Assembly: GCA_964618805.1 (NCBI GenBank)
Contig: CAZUBM010000018.1
Coordinates: 13,806 to 43,368, forward strand
DNA: 29,563 nucleotides
DNA from: an uncultured Nitrososphaerota archaeon
Lineage (GTDB): Archaea; Korarchaeota; Korarchaeia; Korarchaeales; Korarchaeaceae
Reading direction: 5' to 3'
In this document: in pieces, positions 17,781 to 26,974 of the stretch
Layout of the letters: each line of letters opens with the position of its first letter
Numbering within the stretch: position 1 is the stretch's first letter
Program-made: the position numbers and the translations under genes
The notes under the pieces: generated by a model
Databases searched by the model: none
What the model was told of the DNA's origin: nothing
The model's input: only the letters and a program-made list of their open reading frames with translations

Positions 17781-18551
17781 ATGTGTCGGCCAGAATCCAT
17801 CGAATTTATTGGTAAATTCTCTCTAAATCGGAATGAATTGTTCAAAATTCAAAAGTACAGGCAGTACCTTGAAGAGACCGAGCACGTTGATAGTTCACCT
17901 GATTTGCTCAAACTATGTAAAGAGTTAGAAGAAAACTCAAGAAATAAGAGAGAAGCTGCGGTAGCTATTTTCTATCTAGTAAGAGACATAAAGTGGGGAG
18001 CTTCTCGAATTTATAGGGCTTCTGAAGTGTTGAAGAGAAAGGGAGAGCCCCAGATATGTGTTAATAAGGCAATACTTCAGGTTGCTCTTTGCAGAAATCT
18101 TGGAATTCCTGCTAGATTTCATTACTGGATAATTAAGTTCTCAGATGAAGTTATTAAGGCCATTAATGAGTTGCTATTCAAGGAGAGAAGGCATAAGTTT
18201 CGCAATGCTGAATTACATCATGTAGCTGCAGAGATTTATCTAGGTAAATGGATTGTTACTGATTCAACTATAGATAAGGACTTAAAACCAATTTTTCAAC
18301 CTAATGAGTGGAATGGTGAAGAAAATGCCCTTATTAGAGGTTTTGATTTCATTAGGGATCGTGGAGTTTATGTTGATGTTCCAAGGGATCTCATAGAAAT
18401 AAGTAAAGGCAAAGCCCTTCCTACTTACCTCAGGCCATTTTACCCACTCATTAAGGGAAAGATAAACAGGCAGATCAACCAACTTCTTGATCGTATCCAA
18501 TCTCTAAATCGATTAGATCAGAAAAAGGAGCTTCTTCGGAATATAAGATAG
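17781..18551 (+). CDS. Transglutaminase-like cysteine protease-fold protein
   Basis: ICVNKAILQVALCRNLGIPARF, HVAAEIYL and WIVTDST give a Cys-His-Asp triad. Start uncertain (ATG 17781 or later). Confidence 0.82.
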   Translation: MCRPESIEFIGKFSLNRNELFKIQKYRQYLEETEHVDSSPDLLKLCKELEENSRNKREAAVAIFYLVRDIKWGASRIYRASEVLKRKGEPQICVNKAILQVALCRNLGIPARFHYWIIKFSDEVIKAINELLFKERRHKFRNAELHHVAAEIYLGKWIVTDSTIDKDLKPIFQPNEWNGEENALIRGFDFIRDRGVYVDVPRDLIEISKGKALPTYLRPFYPLIKGKINRQINQLLDRIQSLNRLDQKKELLRNIR

Positions 18552-18574
18552 TTTTTCTGAGAAGAGCAAGTCAG

Positions 18575-18593
18575 AGGTCTCATTATGTAATTG
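18575..18593. repeat. Imperfect 19-bp direct repeat, copy 1 (core CTCATTATGT)
   Basis: 16/19 identical to 19737-19755; the two copies bracket the BtrH-like gene. Confidence 0.5.
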
Positions 18594-18633
18594 ATCACCC
18601 TGCCTTCTAATGTTACTTATATTTGGACTTTTA

Positions 18634-19677
18634 CTATGGATAAATTCCTTTTATTAAGTTATATGCCCTCTCTTCTATATCTGCTAGCGATAATAACAGC
18701 TCAGGTATCTCCTCCCTTTTATCCTCTTTACGGTCGAGATAATTTATGATTATGTGACAAACTTTCCTTATTAACTGACCAGATTCATAAAAATAATGCG
18801 ATATCTGCTTAAGTTTAGGATTATTGGTAATGTTCGATAGCTCCCTTAAAAGATGAGAGAATTCTCTTCGCCTAGCTGTGAAGTTGTCTACCTCCTTGCT
18901 TAGAGTTGGTGGAACGTTGGCGAACATCACTAGGTTTTGAAGAGCAAGCACGTAACTCTCCTCGTCCATCAGGCTTTCCCAACCCAAAAATTCCTCAGAA
19001 AGCTTTCTAATTCCAGGAATTCCAAAGTTTCTGATAGGTGGACTTAGCATCTGATTGGCTTTATGTAATAAAGCTCTTTCAATAAGTTCGTCAAAACTCT
19101 TGACCTCTCTCGGAATTGAGAAAGCTATTACTGAGTTCCTTCTTAGATATCCTTTCTCGTCAGTTTTCCATGCTTGCATTAGATTTTCATAACTTAAACC
19201 CTTCAATCCCTCATAATCGCAGTCATAGAGGTATATTCTCTTTGCAGAGTCATCATATCCCACTACAAGGACGAAGTGTGCTGTTGCATGTACCTTCATG
19301 AAGAAATCATGGTATTCAAGGTAGAACATATCAAGTGGACCTATTATGGCGGGATTTCCTTCGTCAATGTTTCTCTTCAATATTTCCATGGCTTTATCGA
19401 AGCTTTTTCCCTCATTCCTTATTTGCACATCGATTCCAAAGATCTCCTTTAAGTTCCTATATTGAACCCTAAGTGAAGGGCCCCAAAATACCATGATAGG
19501 AGGTTTTAATCTCTTGTTCTTTATGTAGTAAAAGCCAGCCATCCCACTCGAGATCATCATTAGCTCGCAAGGCAGCTTTTGACCAGTCTTCCATTCATAA
19601 ACATCTTTGATTCCATTAACCATGCATGTATACTTGCAAACTGAATGAGGGATTTCTAACAGCCTAATCTTTGTCAT
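18634..19677 (-). CDS. BtrH N-terminal domain (peptidase C39-like) / DUF4872-type protein
   Basis: N-terminal H...C, LDMFYLEY, HFVLVVGYD, YLYD and GIPGIRKL; helical C-terminal region. Confidence 0.8.
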   Translation of the reverse strand: MTKIRLLEIPHSVCKYTCMVNGIKDVYEWKTGQKLPCELMMISSGMAGFYYIKNKRLKPPIMVFWGPSLRVQYRNLKEIFGIDVQIRNEGKSFDKAMEILKRNIDEGNPAIIGPLDMFYLEYHDFFMKVHATAHFVLVVGYDDSAKRIYLYDCDYEGLKGLSYENLMQAWKTDEKGYLRRNSVIAFSIPREVKSFDELIERALLHKANQMLSPPIRNFGIPGIRKLSEEFLGWESLMDEESYVLALQNLVMFANVPPTLSKEVDNFTARRREFSHLLRELSNITNNPKLKQISHYFYESGQLIRKVCHIIINYLDRKEDKREEIPELLLSLADIEERAYNLIKGIYP

Positions 19678-19736
19678 ATCTGATAATTTCTGGGTTAAAT
19701 TACCTAAAAAATTTAGTAAGAAAGAACTTGGCCTCT

Positions 19737-19755
19737 AGGGCTCATTATGTGATGG
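19737..19755. repeat. Imperfect 19-bp direct repeat, copy 2
   Basis: AGGGCTCATTATGTGATGG versus AGGTCTCATTATGTAATTG. Confidence 0.5.
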
Positions 19756-19828
19756 GGGGTCCTGAAACTCAACTTAAGAAGATCCTGGGCTGATGGGATT
19801 CAAATAATCTGCTATCCTTTTTCGTAGC

Positions 19829-20347
19829 CTAGTATTTCACTGCCTTTAGCACCGTCCCGTTCTTAGCGTCTATATAAACCTTGAACTTCTCGCTTGGACC
19901 GCCCGTAGAAAATACAACGATCCAAACATAATCTGAGGTCACTTCAGGAACGTCTCCTTTTGAAATCATCCTGTAGTAGATGGCCAATTCTCTGCTTAAG
20001 AGGTGCATTGAAATGCGCACTGGCTTAGATTCACCTTCAATAAAGGACTTCCCTCCAGCATTTAGAGCAATTGATAAGGCTTCAGCTGGTGAGATGCTCC
20101 AGTTCAATTCTAATGGCATAAAATCTGGGAGAAACATTACCTCACCAGGCGGATCTTCGAAGGAGATCTTGCCATGGTCCCATGGGTACTGACAGATGGA
20201 GTCTTTCCATGGACAGTAAAACTTGATCAACCATTGCTCTATGGCTTTTGGCTGAAAGACTTCGTACGGCCATGGACCAGTTGAGGCCATGACGGGATAA
20301 GCTTGAGAACACTTCTTCTTAGCAACCTCTACTATGGAATCTATCAC
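19829..20347 (-). CDS. Hypothetical protein with PepSY-like C-terminus, probably 5'-truncated
   Basis: ISPAEALSIA...VWIV...VYIDAKNGTVL is PepSY-like; no signal peptide and no room for a promoter before the opposing gene fragment. Confidence 0.55.
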   Translation of the reverse strand: MIDSIVEVAKKKCSQAYPVMASTGPWPYEVFQPKAIEQWLIKFYCPWKDSICQYPWDHGKISFEDPPGEVMFLPDFMPLELNWSISPAEALSIALNAGGKSFIEGESKPVRISMHLLSRELAIYYRMISKGDVPEVTSDYVWIVVFSTGGPSEKFKVYIDAKNGTVLKAVKY

Positions 20348-20355
20348 ATCACTAA

Positions 20356-21208
20356 GGAGGAGTAACTCCTATCCCCAGACCAGGATGCAAGTGCAGGGTT
20401 TGTGTTGAAGCTAGAAAGAAAGGGGTTACATATGCTCGCACAGGCTCATCTCTGTTCATCCCAGGTCCCAACATCCTCTTTGATACTCCCGAGGAGATCG
20501 CAATACAGCTGAACAGGGAAGGAATTGACTCAATTGACTACATATTTTACACCCATTGGCACCCAGACCACACGCTTGGCATGAGAATAGTCGAAAGGAT
20601 GTACATGTTCTGGCTTGGGAAATTCGTGAAGAAAGAAAAGCCAGCTAAAAAGGTCAAAATATGCGCTTTAGAGGAGGTAATGGAAGACCTAAGAGCTATA
20701 AGAAACAAACATGGATCATTCTTCTGTTTCTATGAGAGAATGGGCTTGATAGAAACTCTTGAGCTAAAGAATGGAAAGCCTATGAAAATTAGAAACCTAC
20801 TTATAACACCTCTCATGGTCCAATCAAGCCCGAATGAGATATCTACTGTTTTTATCATTGAAGAGGGCAGTAAAAAAGTGATTTATGCCCCTTGCGACTC
20901 AAAACCATTCCCTGAGGGCGATTTGCTAAGGGAGCCAGACCTTCTGATAGTAGGAAATGTCTTCCCTGAGGGACCTTTGAAAGAGGGATTATTCATTCCA
21001 GAAGGTAACGTGTTAAGAAAGGAACTCTTCTCCCTAAAAGAAAGTCCTAGAACTGTCTAATAGACTGCATGCAAAGGAATTGATAATAACCCACATAGAA
21101 GAGGAGTGGGGCAAGAGCTTCGATGAGTACAAGCAACTAGAGCAGAAATATAGCGAGTATAATGTCAAATTTGCGTTCGATGGAATGAGAATACGCATAC
21201 CTGATTAA
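20356..21208 (+). pseudogene. PhnP-like metallo-beta-lactamase-fold hydrolase, 5'-truncated and frameshifted
   Basis: In frame upstream of the track ORF: GGVTPIPRPGCKCRVCVEAR...FDTPE...THWHPDHTLG, preceded directly by TAA with no start codon. A shift near 21042 gives ITHIEE...FAFDGMRI*. Confidence 0.85.
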
Positions 21209-21246
21209 GATTTGATGTTAAACTGGGATTATAAAATGATCTTTAC

Positions 21247-21516
21247 CTAGCCGCCGCCTACTGGCGGGAATATGACAATAAGATCTCCATCTCTAACCTT
21301 CTCGTCTGGTTTAGGCCATCTTTCATCCCTCATTAGATGAAACCCTCTCTTTAGTGTCCCATCTCCGTTTAGCAATCTTTCTTTTAGCCTAGGTTTAACA
21401 CTTGCTAGTTCTTTTACAGCATCTAAGATCGTTGCTCCATCAGGAAGTAGCACTTCAATTTCAGAAGTACCTGCTTCCTCTCTGAAGATGGAGAACAGTT
21501 TGAACCTTACCTTCAT
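21247..21516 (-). CDS. MoaD/ThiS-family ubiquitin-like small protein (SAMP-like)
   Basis: Beta-grasp pattern and C-terminal IFPPVGGG; ATG 21516 lies about 25 bp downstream of TTTAAA (21541-21546). Confidence 0.92.
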   Translation of the reverse strand: MKVRFKLFSIFREEAGTSEIEVLLPDGATILDAVKELASVKPRLKERLLNGDGTLKRGFHLMRDERWPKPDEKVRDGDLIVIFPPVGGG

Positions 21517-21577
21517 TTCTATATTAACATCTCCCACATGTTTAAATATGTCTCACTTTCCCTCGGCCAATGTTTCT

Positions 21578-23507
21578 TTAATTATTCCCTTTTCCAATGA
21601 TTTTTCCTTTACATTGTAATGTTCCCTGTATTTTCAAATGTTCTCCCTCGAAAAACAAGAGCCTTATCGCATTCAAGGTTACCACAAGCGACAATCCTAC
21701 ATCCCCAACACCAACAGCAACCCACAAGGGTACCTTGCCCAGAGCAGCCAATAACGCAAGAGCAAGCTTAATTGTGACCGATGCTATGATGTTCTGCTTT
21801 ACTACACCCACGGTTTCCCTGCTTAAGTCTATTAAGTATGAAAGCTTTCCTATGTTATCCCTAAGCAAAACTATGTCTCCAGCCTCTATGGCAGCATCAC
21901 TGCCTATTCCACCCATCACAATGCCTACCGATGATCTCGCTAAGGCTGGAGCATCATTGATACCATCACCAATCATTGTGGTAACGATACCCTTTTTTGT
22001 AAGCTTTTCAATCACGTTTACCTTGTCTTCTGGCAATAAGTTCGCTCTAAAGATCTCTATTCCTATTTCTCTTGCTATAGCCTTGGCTGTATTCTCGTTA
22101 TCGCCTGTCAGCATAAGAGTTTTCAGCCCTAGCTCCCTCAACCTGCTTAATAGAGGAATTATTTCTGCTCTTAGCGCATCTCTAAGGCCTATAACACCAA
22201 CCAGTCCCTCTTTATCCATCACAAAAACGCACGTTTTTCCTCCAGATCTGAGTTTAGAGACAATTTTCTCATAATCTGAGTTGGATCCCTTAATCATCGT
22301 CTCAGATCCCATAGCATACCAAGTACCATCTATCTTGCCAGAGACGCCCATTCCGATGTGAGCAATGAAACTGTCAGGCTCAACGAACTCTATCCCATCT
22401 TTCCTTGCCTTCTCAACAATTGCCTTTGCAATCGGATGTTCAGATCTGCTTTCTAGGGAAGCAGCTATTCTCAACAAGCCTTCAGGAGAGATGCCATCTT
22501 TCAGAGGTATCACATCTGTTACCTCTAATTCACCTTTGGTAAGAGTTCCTGTTTTGTCAAACGCGAACACCTCTGTTGAAGCAACAGTCTCAAGATATCG
22601 ACTTCCTTTAATCAGAATGCCCCTTCTTGTTGCATTAGTCAAGGCGGATACCATAGATACAGGGATTGAAATAGCAAGTGCACAAGGACATGAAATTACG
22701 AGGAAAGAGAGCGATCTATAAATCCAAGATGCCTGAAGTGTGCCGTACCTTAGAGCTGGAACAGCTATGGAAAGAATAGCAAGCGCTATAACAGATGGAG
22801 TATAGTAGGTAGAGAATTTCTCAGTAAACCGCTCGTACCTGGACTTGCTTTTACTGTACTGCTCTACCAGCTCAAGTACTCTAGCAAGGACTGTATCATG
22901 CTTTTTCTTGATTACCCTTATCCCTAAGTAACCATCTATATTCAGCGTTCCAGCGTATACCATGTCTCCAGGCTTTTTCTCTACAGGAATAGATTCTCCA
23001 GTAAGAGGAGCCTCATTAACTGAGGATCTGCCCTTTACTATGATTCCATCAAGTGGTATCTTATCTCCTGGTCTACAGATTACTATATCTCCCAATTCAA
23101 CCTCTTCTACTGGAACAATGGCCTCGATCCCCTTCTTCTTAATAACCGCTTTCTCAGGAGAGGTCTCCATTAGATCTCTAATTGACTTTCTGGCCCTGTA
23201 ACTTGTATATCTCTCCAAGAAGCTTGCAATAGAGAAAAGAAAAATCACAGCAGCCCCTTCCTCAACTTCACCTATTAAGAAAGCTCCTATTCCTGCTGTT
23301 ACAACAAGGAGTTCTACATCAAATCTACTTTTGTAAATGAGCTCCCTTCCAGCCTCCAATACTAATCGATAACCTGATATTATTGAAGCAAGTGCGTAAA
23401 GTAGGAAGGCTATTTTTGTATTTAGAATTATTCTTTGCGAGATTATAGCCATAAAAAGCAGAATTCCGGATAAAAAAACCTTCTAACGAATTCTGTTTTA
23501 AATTCAT
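21578..23507 (-). CDS. P1B-2-type heavy-metal (Zn/Cd/Pb) P-type ATPase, no N-terminal metal-binding domain
   Basis: LTGES, SCPCAL, FDKTGTLT, SEHP and GDGINDAP motifs; Lys in the penultimate TM and DVG in the last TM. The main ORF starts at 23452, but the first TM extends to ATG 23507 if the 7-nt run at 23472-23478 is read one base shorter. Confidence 0.92.
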
Positions 23508-23618
23508 GATATCTCAATATACTCTCCTCTGCGCGTTCAGCGCCGTGAAAGGCATTAGTTTTTAACAATTCGGCGCGCGCCAAACAAACTACTTAATTTC
23601 TAAACAGCCCAGCACGCA

Positions 23619-24084
23619 CTATTTTAGTGGCTCCACGAAGGTTCCATACCCCGGTTTTCCCACTACTTCTCCATTTTCCATGACTACTTCACCCCTGACC
23701 ATCGTTAATACGGGTATACCCCTAACTTTCAACCCATCATATACATAGAGATCTCTGGCTTTGCTGTACATTTTTCGGCTCTTATCGTCTTCTCTTTCTT
23801 GGGATCCACTACGACAAGATCTGCGTCAGAGCCTATTTGTATAGTTCCTTTTTTGGATAGACGCCAAAGATCTTGGCTACCGATTTGGAAGTAATCTCGG
23901 CAAATCTCATAAGAGAAATTCTCCCCAAGTTCACTTGAGTCAGTAAGAGTGGAAGCATCGTCTCGAGTTGTGGACCCCCTGCATATGCTTTCCAGATGTC
24001 GATCCATCCTGGATCCTTCTCCTCTTTTGTATATGGTGCGTGGTCGTTGACAACGATATCGATGGTGCCATCATTTAAACCTTT
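23619..24084 (-). pseudogene. C-terminal remnant of a cyclic amidohydrolase (allantoinase/dihydroorotase/dihydropyrimidinase family)
   Basis: KGLNDGTIDIVVNDHAPY...GGPQLETMLP...AKIFGVYP / KKGTIQIGSDADLVVVD / YDGLKVRGIPVLTMVRGEVV...G.PGYG. Frameshifts at runs 23849-23854 and 23771-23775; N-terminal part absent. Confidence 0.88.
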
Positions 24085-24250
24085 CAGCTTCTCGTTTAGT
24101 GTAAAACGAACCTACTGGTTTCGAGGGATCTTGGAAATCTGGATCATCCTCGTTGACAAGTACCTGTGTTACTATCATAGCAGCTTGGATGTCTAATTCA
24201 TACTCTTTCAAATAGTTTCTTAATGTCTGTTGTAACATATAACCTATCTG
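24071..24250 (-). pseudogene. arcC: Internal fragment of carbamate kinase
   Basis: QIGYMLQQTLRN...IVTQVLVNEDDPDFQDPSKPVGSFYTKREA matches the carbamate kinase signature region; both termini are missing. Confidence 0.85.
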
Positions 24251-24258
24251 ACGCGCGT

Positions 24259-24310
24259 ACGATGAGTAGGAGAGAAGCACTAATGAGGAGAGTTCACGGA
24301 GCCCAGCTGA
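24259..24310 (+). ncRNA. Candidate archaeal box C/D guide sRNA
   Basis: C box ACGATGA (24259-24265), 14-nt guide, D' CTAA (24280-24283), C' TGAGGA (24284-24289), guide, D box CTGA (24307-24310). 52 nt, intergenic, followed by a T tract. Confidence 0.55.
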
Positions 24311-24319
24311 AAAATCTTT

Positions 24320-26214
24320 TTAGGCTATTTTCAAAAATGAAATTATCCTCCAAACTAAACCAGCAAATAAAAGACCATAAATCATTGAAGTTATCGTCAA
24401 AGCTACTGCTTTTTTAAATCCGAATTCTTTGATAAGTACCCCTAAAGCAATTATACATGGAATCCCAATGGTGGTTGCTATGCCAAATGTGTATATTTGA
24501 ATTGGAGTTAACATTAAAGATATTTTACTGCCAAGGACTGACATAAGCATTGCCCCAGTTAAATCCTTCTGCAAAAAACCAAAGACCAGAGGGATAATGG
24601 TTAGAGTAGGTAATCCTAACCAGATAGCGATCGGTGAAAGGGGCTTCAGTATAATGGTGGTAAGGTCTGTTAGATCCAGAATACCATAAGCAATTCCTCC
24701 AAGTGCTAATAGGGGGATAACTATATACACAAAATCTTTCATCCTAATCCAGCTTTTAGCAAGAACATTTTTAATCAAAGGTCTTCTGTAGGGAGGCAGT
24801 TCTAAAAGCAAAGGTTCACTCTTTATGTGGATAATTCTTTTTATCCCAAAGGCCCAGATTAAACCTGCAACGAGCAAAGTAACAAAAACAGAAAAAGCTA
24901 GCTTTATACCTCCATAAAATCCAACTATCCCCATTATTATTGCAGTTCTTGAGGAACAAGGTATGAAAGCAAGTAGTGAAGCAGTATGGAATTGCTCTTT
25001 CTTAGATGACAAGACTCTAGTAGCCCTAGTTGCTGGTGCGGTACATCCCAAGCCTAATATTAAAGGAATAAATGATTTCCCGGGCAAACCTAATTTTCTC
25101 AAAAACCTTTCTATATTAACAATAAATCTTGAAAGAAGTCCTATGTCTTCTAGTAATCCCAGAAGTAAATAAAATAAAAATACATAAGGCAAAGCAATAG
25201 AAACACCTGCTACAAGTCCGGTTAAACCTTGAGCTATTATCGTAGTAATAATAGAAGGTTCTACTGCGCCAAAGGACGATAAAAGGCTCTCAGTCAAATC
25301 CATAAGGGCTCCTTGTATCAAATTGCCAAGGTATAAAAGTATTCCGAAGATGGAAAGAAGGAATAGGCCAGCAATAAGTGGGCCCCAGACTTTATGCAAG
25401 AGGACTCGGTCGGTCTTTCCTCTTATTTTTTCTTTTCTTAAGGAAGTTATCTGAGTAACTTTTTCTGCTATGAATGAAGCTGTACCATACCTAGTTATGG
25501 ATATATCTTCTGCAACTTTTGGATGATCTTTTAAGTTTTCTTTAGCCTCTTCGATTGCCCTCTCGTCCTTCAAATATTTATAAAAATGTTCATCTCCTTC
25601 CAAAACCCTTAGTGCTATAAACCTCTTTGGTATAGAAGTTTCTTTTATCTGTGATGATATTTTATTTATTGCCTTTTCTATGTGATCATCATATCTAACA
25701 ATGAAAGTTCTCTTTGGTATTTTTTTTTAATTTTTAAAACTGCGTCTACAATCCTGTCTATTCCTTTTTTTGTTAGAGGATTTATGGGAATTACAGGAAT
25801 ATGAAGAATTTTTTCTAGTTTTTCGCAATCAATTTCTATTCCCCTTTTCTTAGCATCTTCTACAAAATTTAAAGCCATAATAGTGGGTATTTTTGCCTCT
25901 AGGATCTGCAAAGCCATGTAAAGACTTCTCTCGAGAGAGATTGCATCGGCAATTACTATTGCTCCATCTGCCTCTTCTTCAAACAAAACCCTTTTAGTAA
26001 CTTTCTCTTCTTCACTTCTATCAGAAATAGAATATATCCCTGGAGTATCCACAAACTCAATTTCTGTATTGTTAATCTTCTTTTTGGCTTTAGTCACTTC
26101 AACAGTAGTTCCAGGGTAATTGGATACCGTAACTCTTGGACCAACTATTGCATTAAGTAAAGAAGATTTTCCTACGTTTGGCTGACCGATTAATAATATT
26201 TTAAGACTTTTCAT
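24320..26214 (-). CDS. feoB: Ferrous iron transporter FeoB, split by a frameshift at an A9 run
   Basis: GQPNVGKS, NYPGTTVE and DTPG; membrane part has LEDIG, GLGCTAP, PCSSR and LELPPY. The two ORFs join via IPKRTFIVRYDDHIE...LRVLEGD if the A9 run (25720-25728) gains one base. Confidence 0.9.
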
Positions 26215-26815
26215 ACTTTATTACCTCAATTTGTTTCGCTATATCTTTATCTAAAACAAATTTTTTATTTTTCACTACAACAACAATACAATTCGGGATT
26301 TCATTTATTATTTCTATTTTTTCTCCTGGATGTATTCCCATACTAACCAATCTCTCAAATAATCTAATGTTAGCGTTAATATCTATAATTAAACCTTCTT
26401 CTTGTTTGAATTCTGTTAAAGGAACGCCTTTCTTTTTGAAAGTTGATAGTTTTTTGATGGTATCAATAACTTCTATAGAAATATAATGCTCTAGAATATT
26501 AGCTGCCTTAATTGCTTCTTCATCGCTCCTTCTTTGCTTAAAATAGTTTTCAAGAACAGAATGCTTTTTGATAATAACATTTGCATTAACTTGCCCTTCC
26601 TTCGTCAGTTGTATATACTTTCTTTGAGATTTATTTTCTGAAGAAACTTTAACCAAACCCTCTTCTTTAAGTTCCTTTATTGCTTTAGACACGAAAGAAG
26701 GAGAAACAGTAACTTCTAGTTTCATAGATTTCAAAGGGATTCTTTTATTCTCCCTGCCAAGTACTTCTAATATATCTTCTTTCACTATTTTTAAAATATC
26801 AGATTCTTTGGCCAT
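26201..26815 (-). CDS. DtxR/MntR-family metal-dependent regulator with C-terminal FeoA domain
   Basis: wHTH (VSPSFVSKAIKELKEEGLV), LTKEG...KHSVLE...LEHYIS dimerisation domain, RLVSMGIHPGEKI FeoA/SH3 domain; overlaps the feoB start. Confidence 0.88.
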   Translation of the reverse strand: MAKESDILKIVKEDILEVLGRENKRIPLKSMKLEVTVSPSFVSKAIKELKEEGLVKVSSENKSQRKYIQLTKEGQVNANVIIKKHSVLENYFKQRRSDEEAIKAANILEHYISIEVIDTIKKLSTFKKKGVPLTEFKQEEGLIIDINANIRLFERLVSMGIHPGEKIEIINEIPNCIVVVVKNKKFVLDKDIAKQIEVIKYEKS

Positions 26816-26874
26816 ATTATCACTACAATTATCATGGTTAATAATTTTTCTTTTAGGGAAGGCGGCGGAATTAG

Positions 26875-26951
26875 ACATGATTTGTGGATAAAGGAAGTTG
26901 CCGAAGGCAATTTGGGGAAATCTTTGATTTGCCTTTTACCCGCTGTTAGGC
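26875..26951 (-). mobile_element. Integron attC-like recombination site with damaged R' core
   Basis: 24 bp after the MBL stop, the minus strand reads GCCTAAC (RYYYAAC). Arm GCGGGTAAAAGG pairs with CCTTTATCCAC leaving one extra base. Inner hairpins AAATC-AAA-GATTT and TTGCC-TTC-GGCAA follow, then AAATC-ATGT where GTT is expected. Confidence 0.6.
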
Positions 26952-26974
26952 GAATTGCAAATCGAGGATACCTT

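Noticed and set aside
19749-19793. Possible C/D sRNA (GTGATGG...CTGA...CTGA)
   Set aside because: The first guide would be only about 6 nt and there is no convincing C' box.
24290-24325. GCCTAAA-AAGATTT at the feoB stop as a second attC
   Set aside because: No AAC core, no paired arms and no GTT; at most an unprovable remnant.
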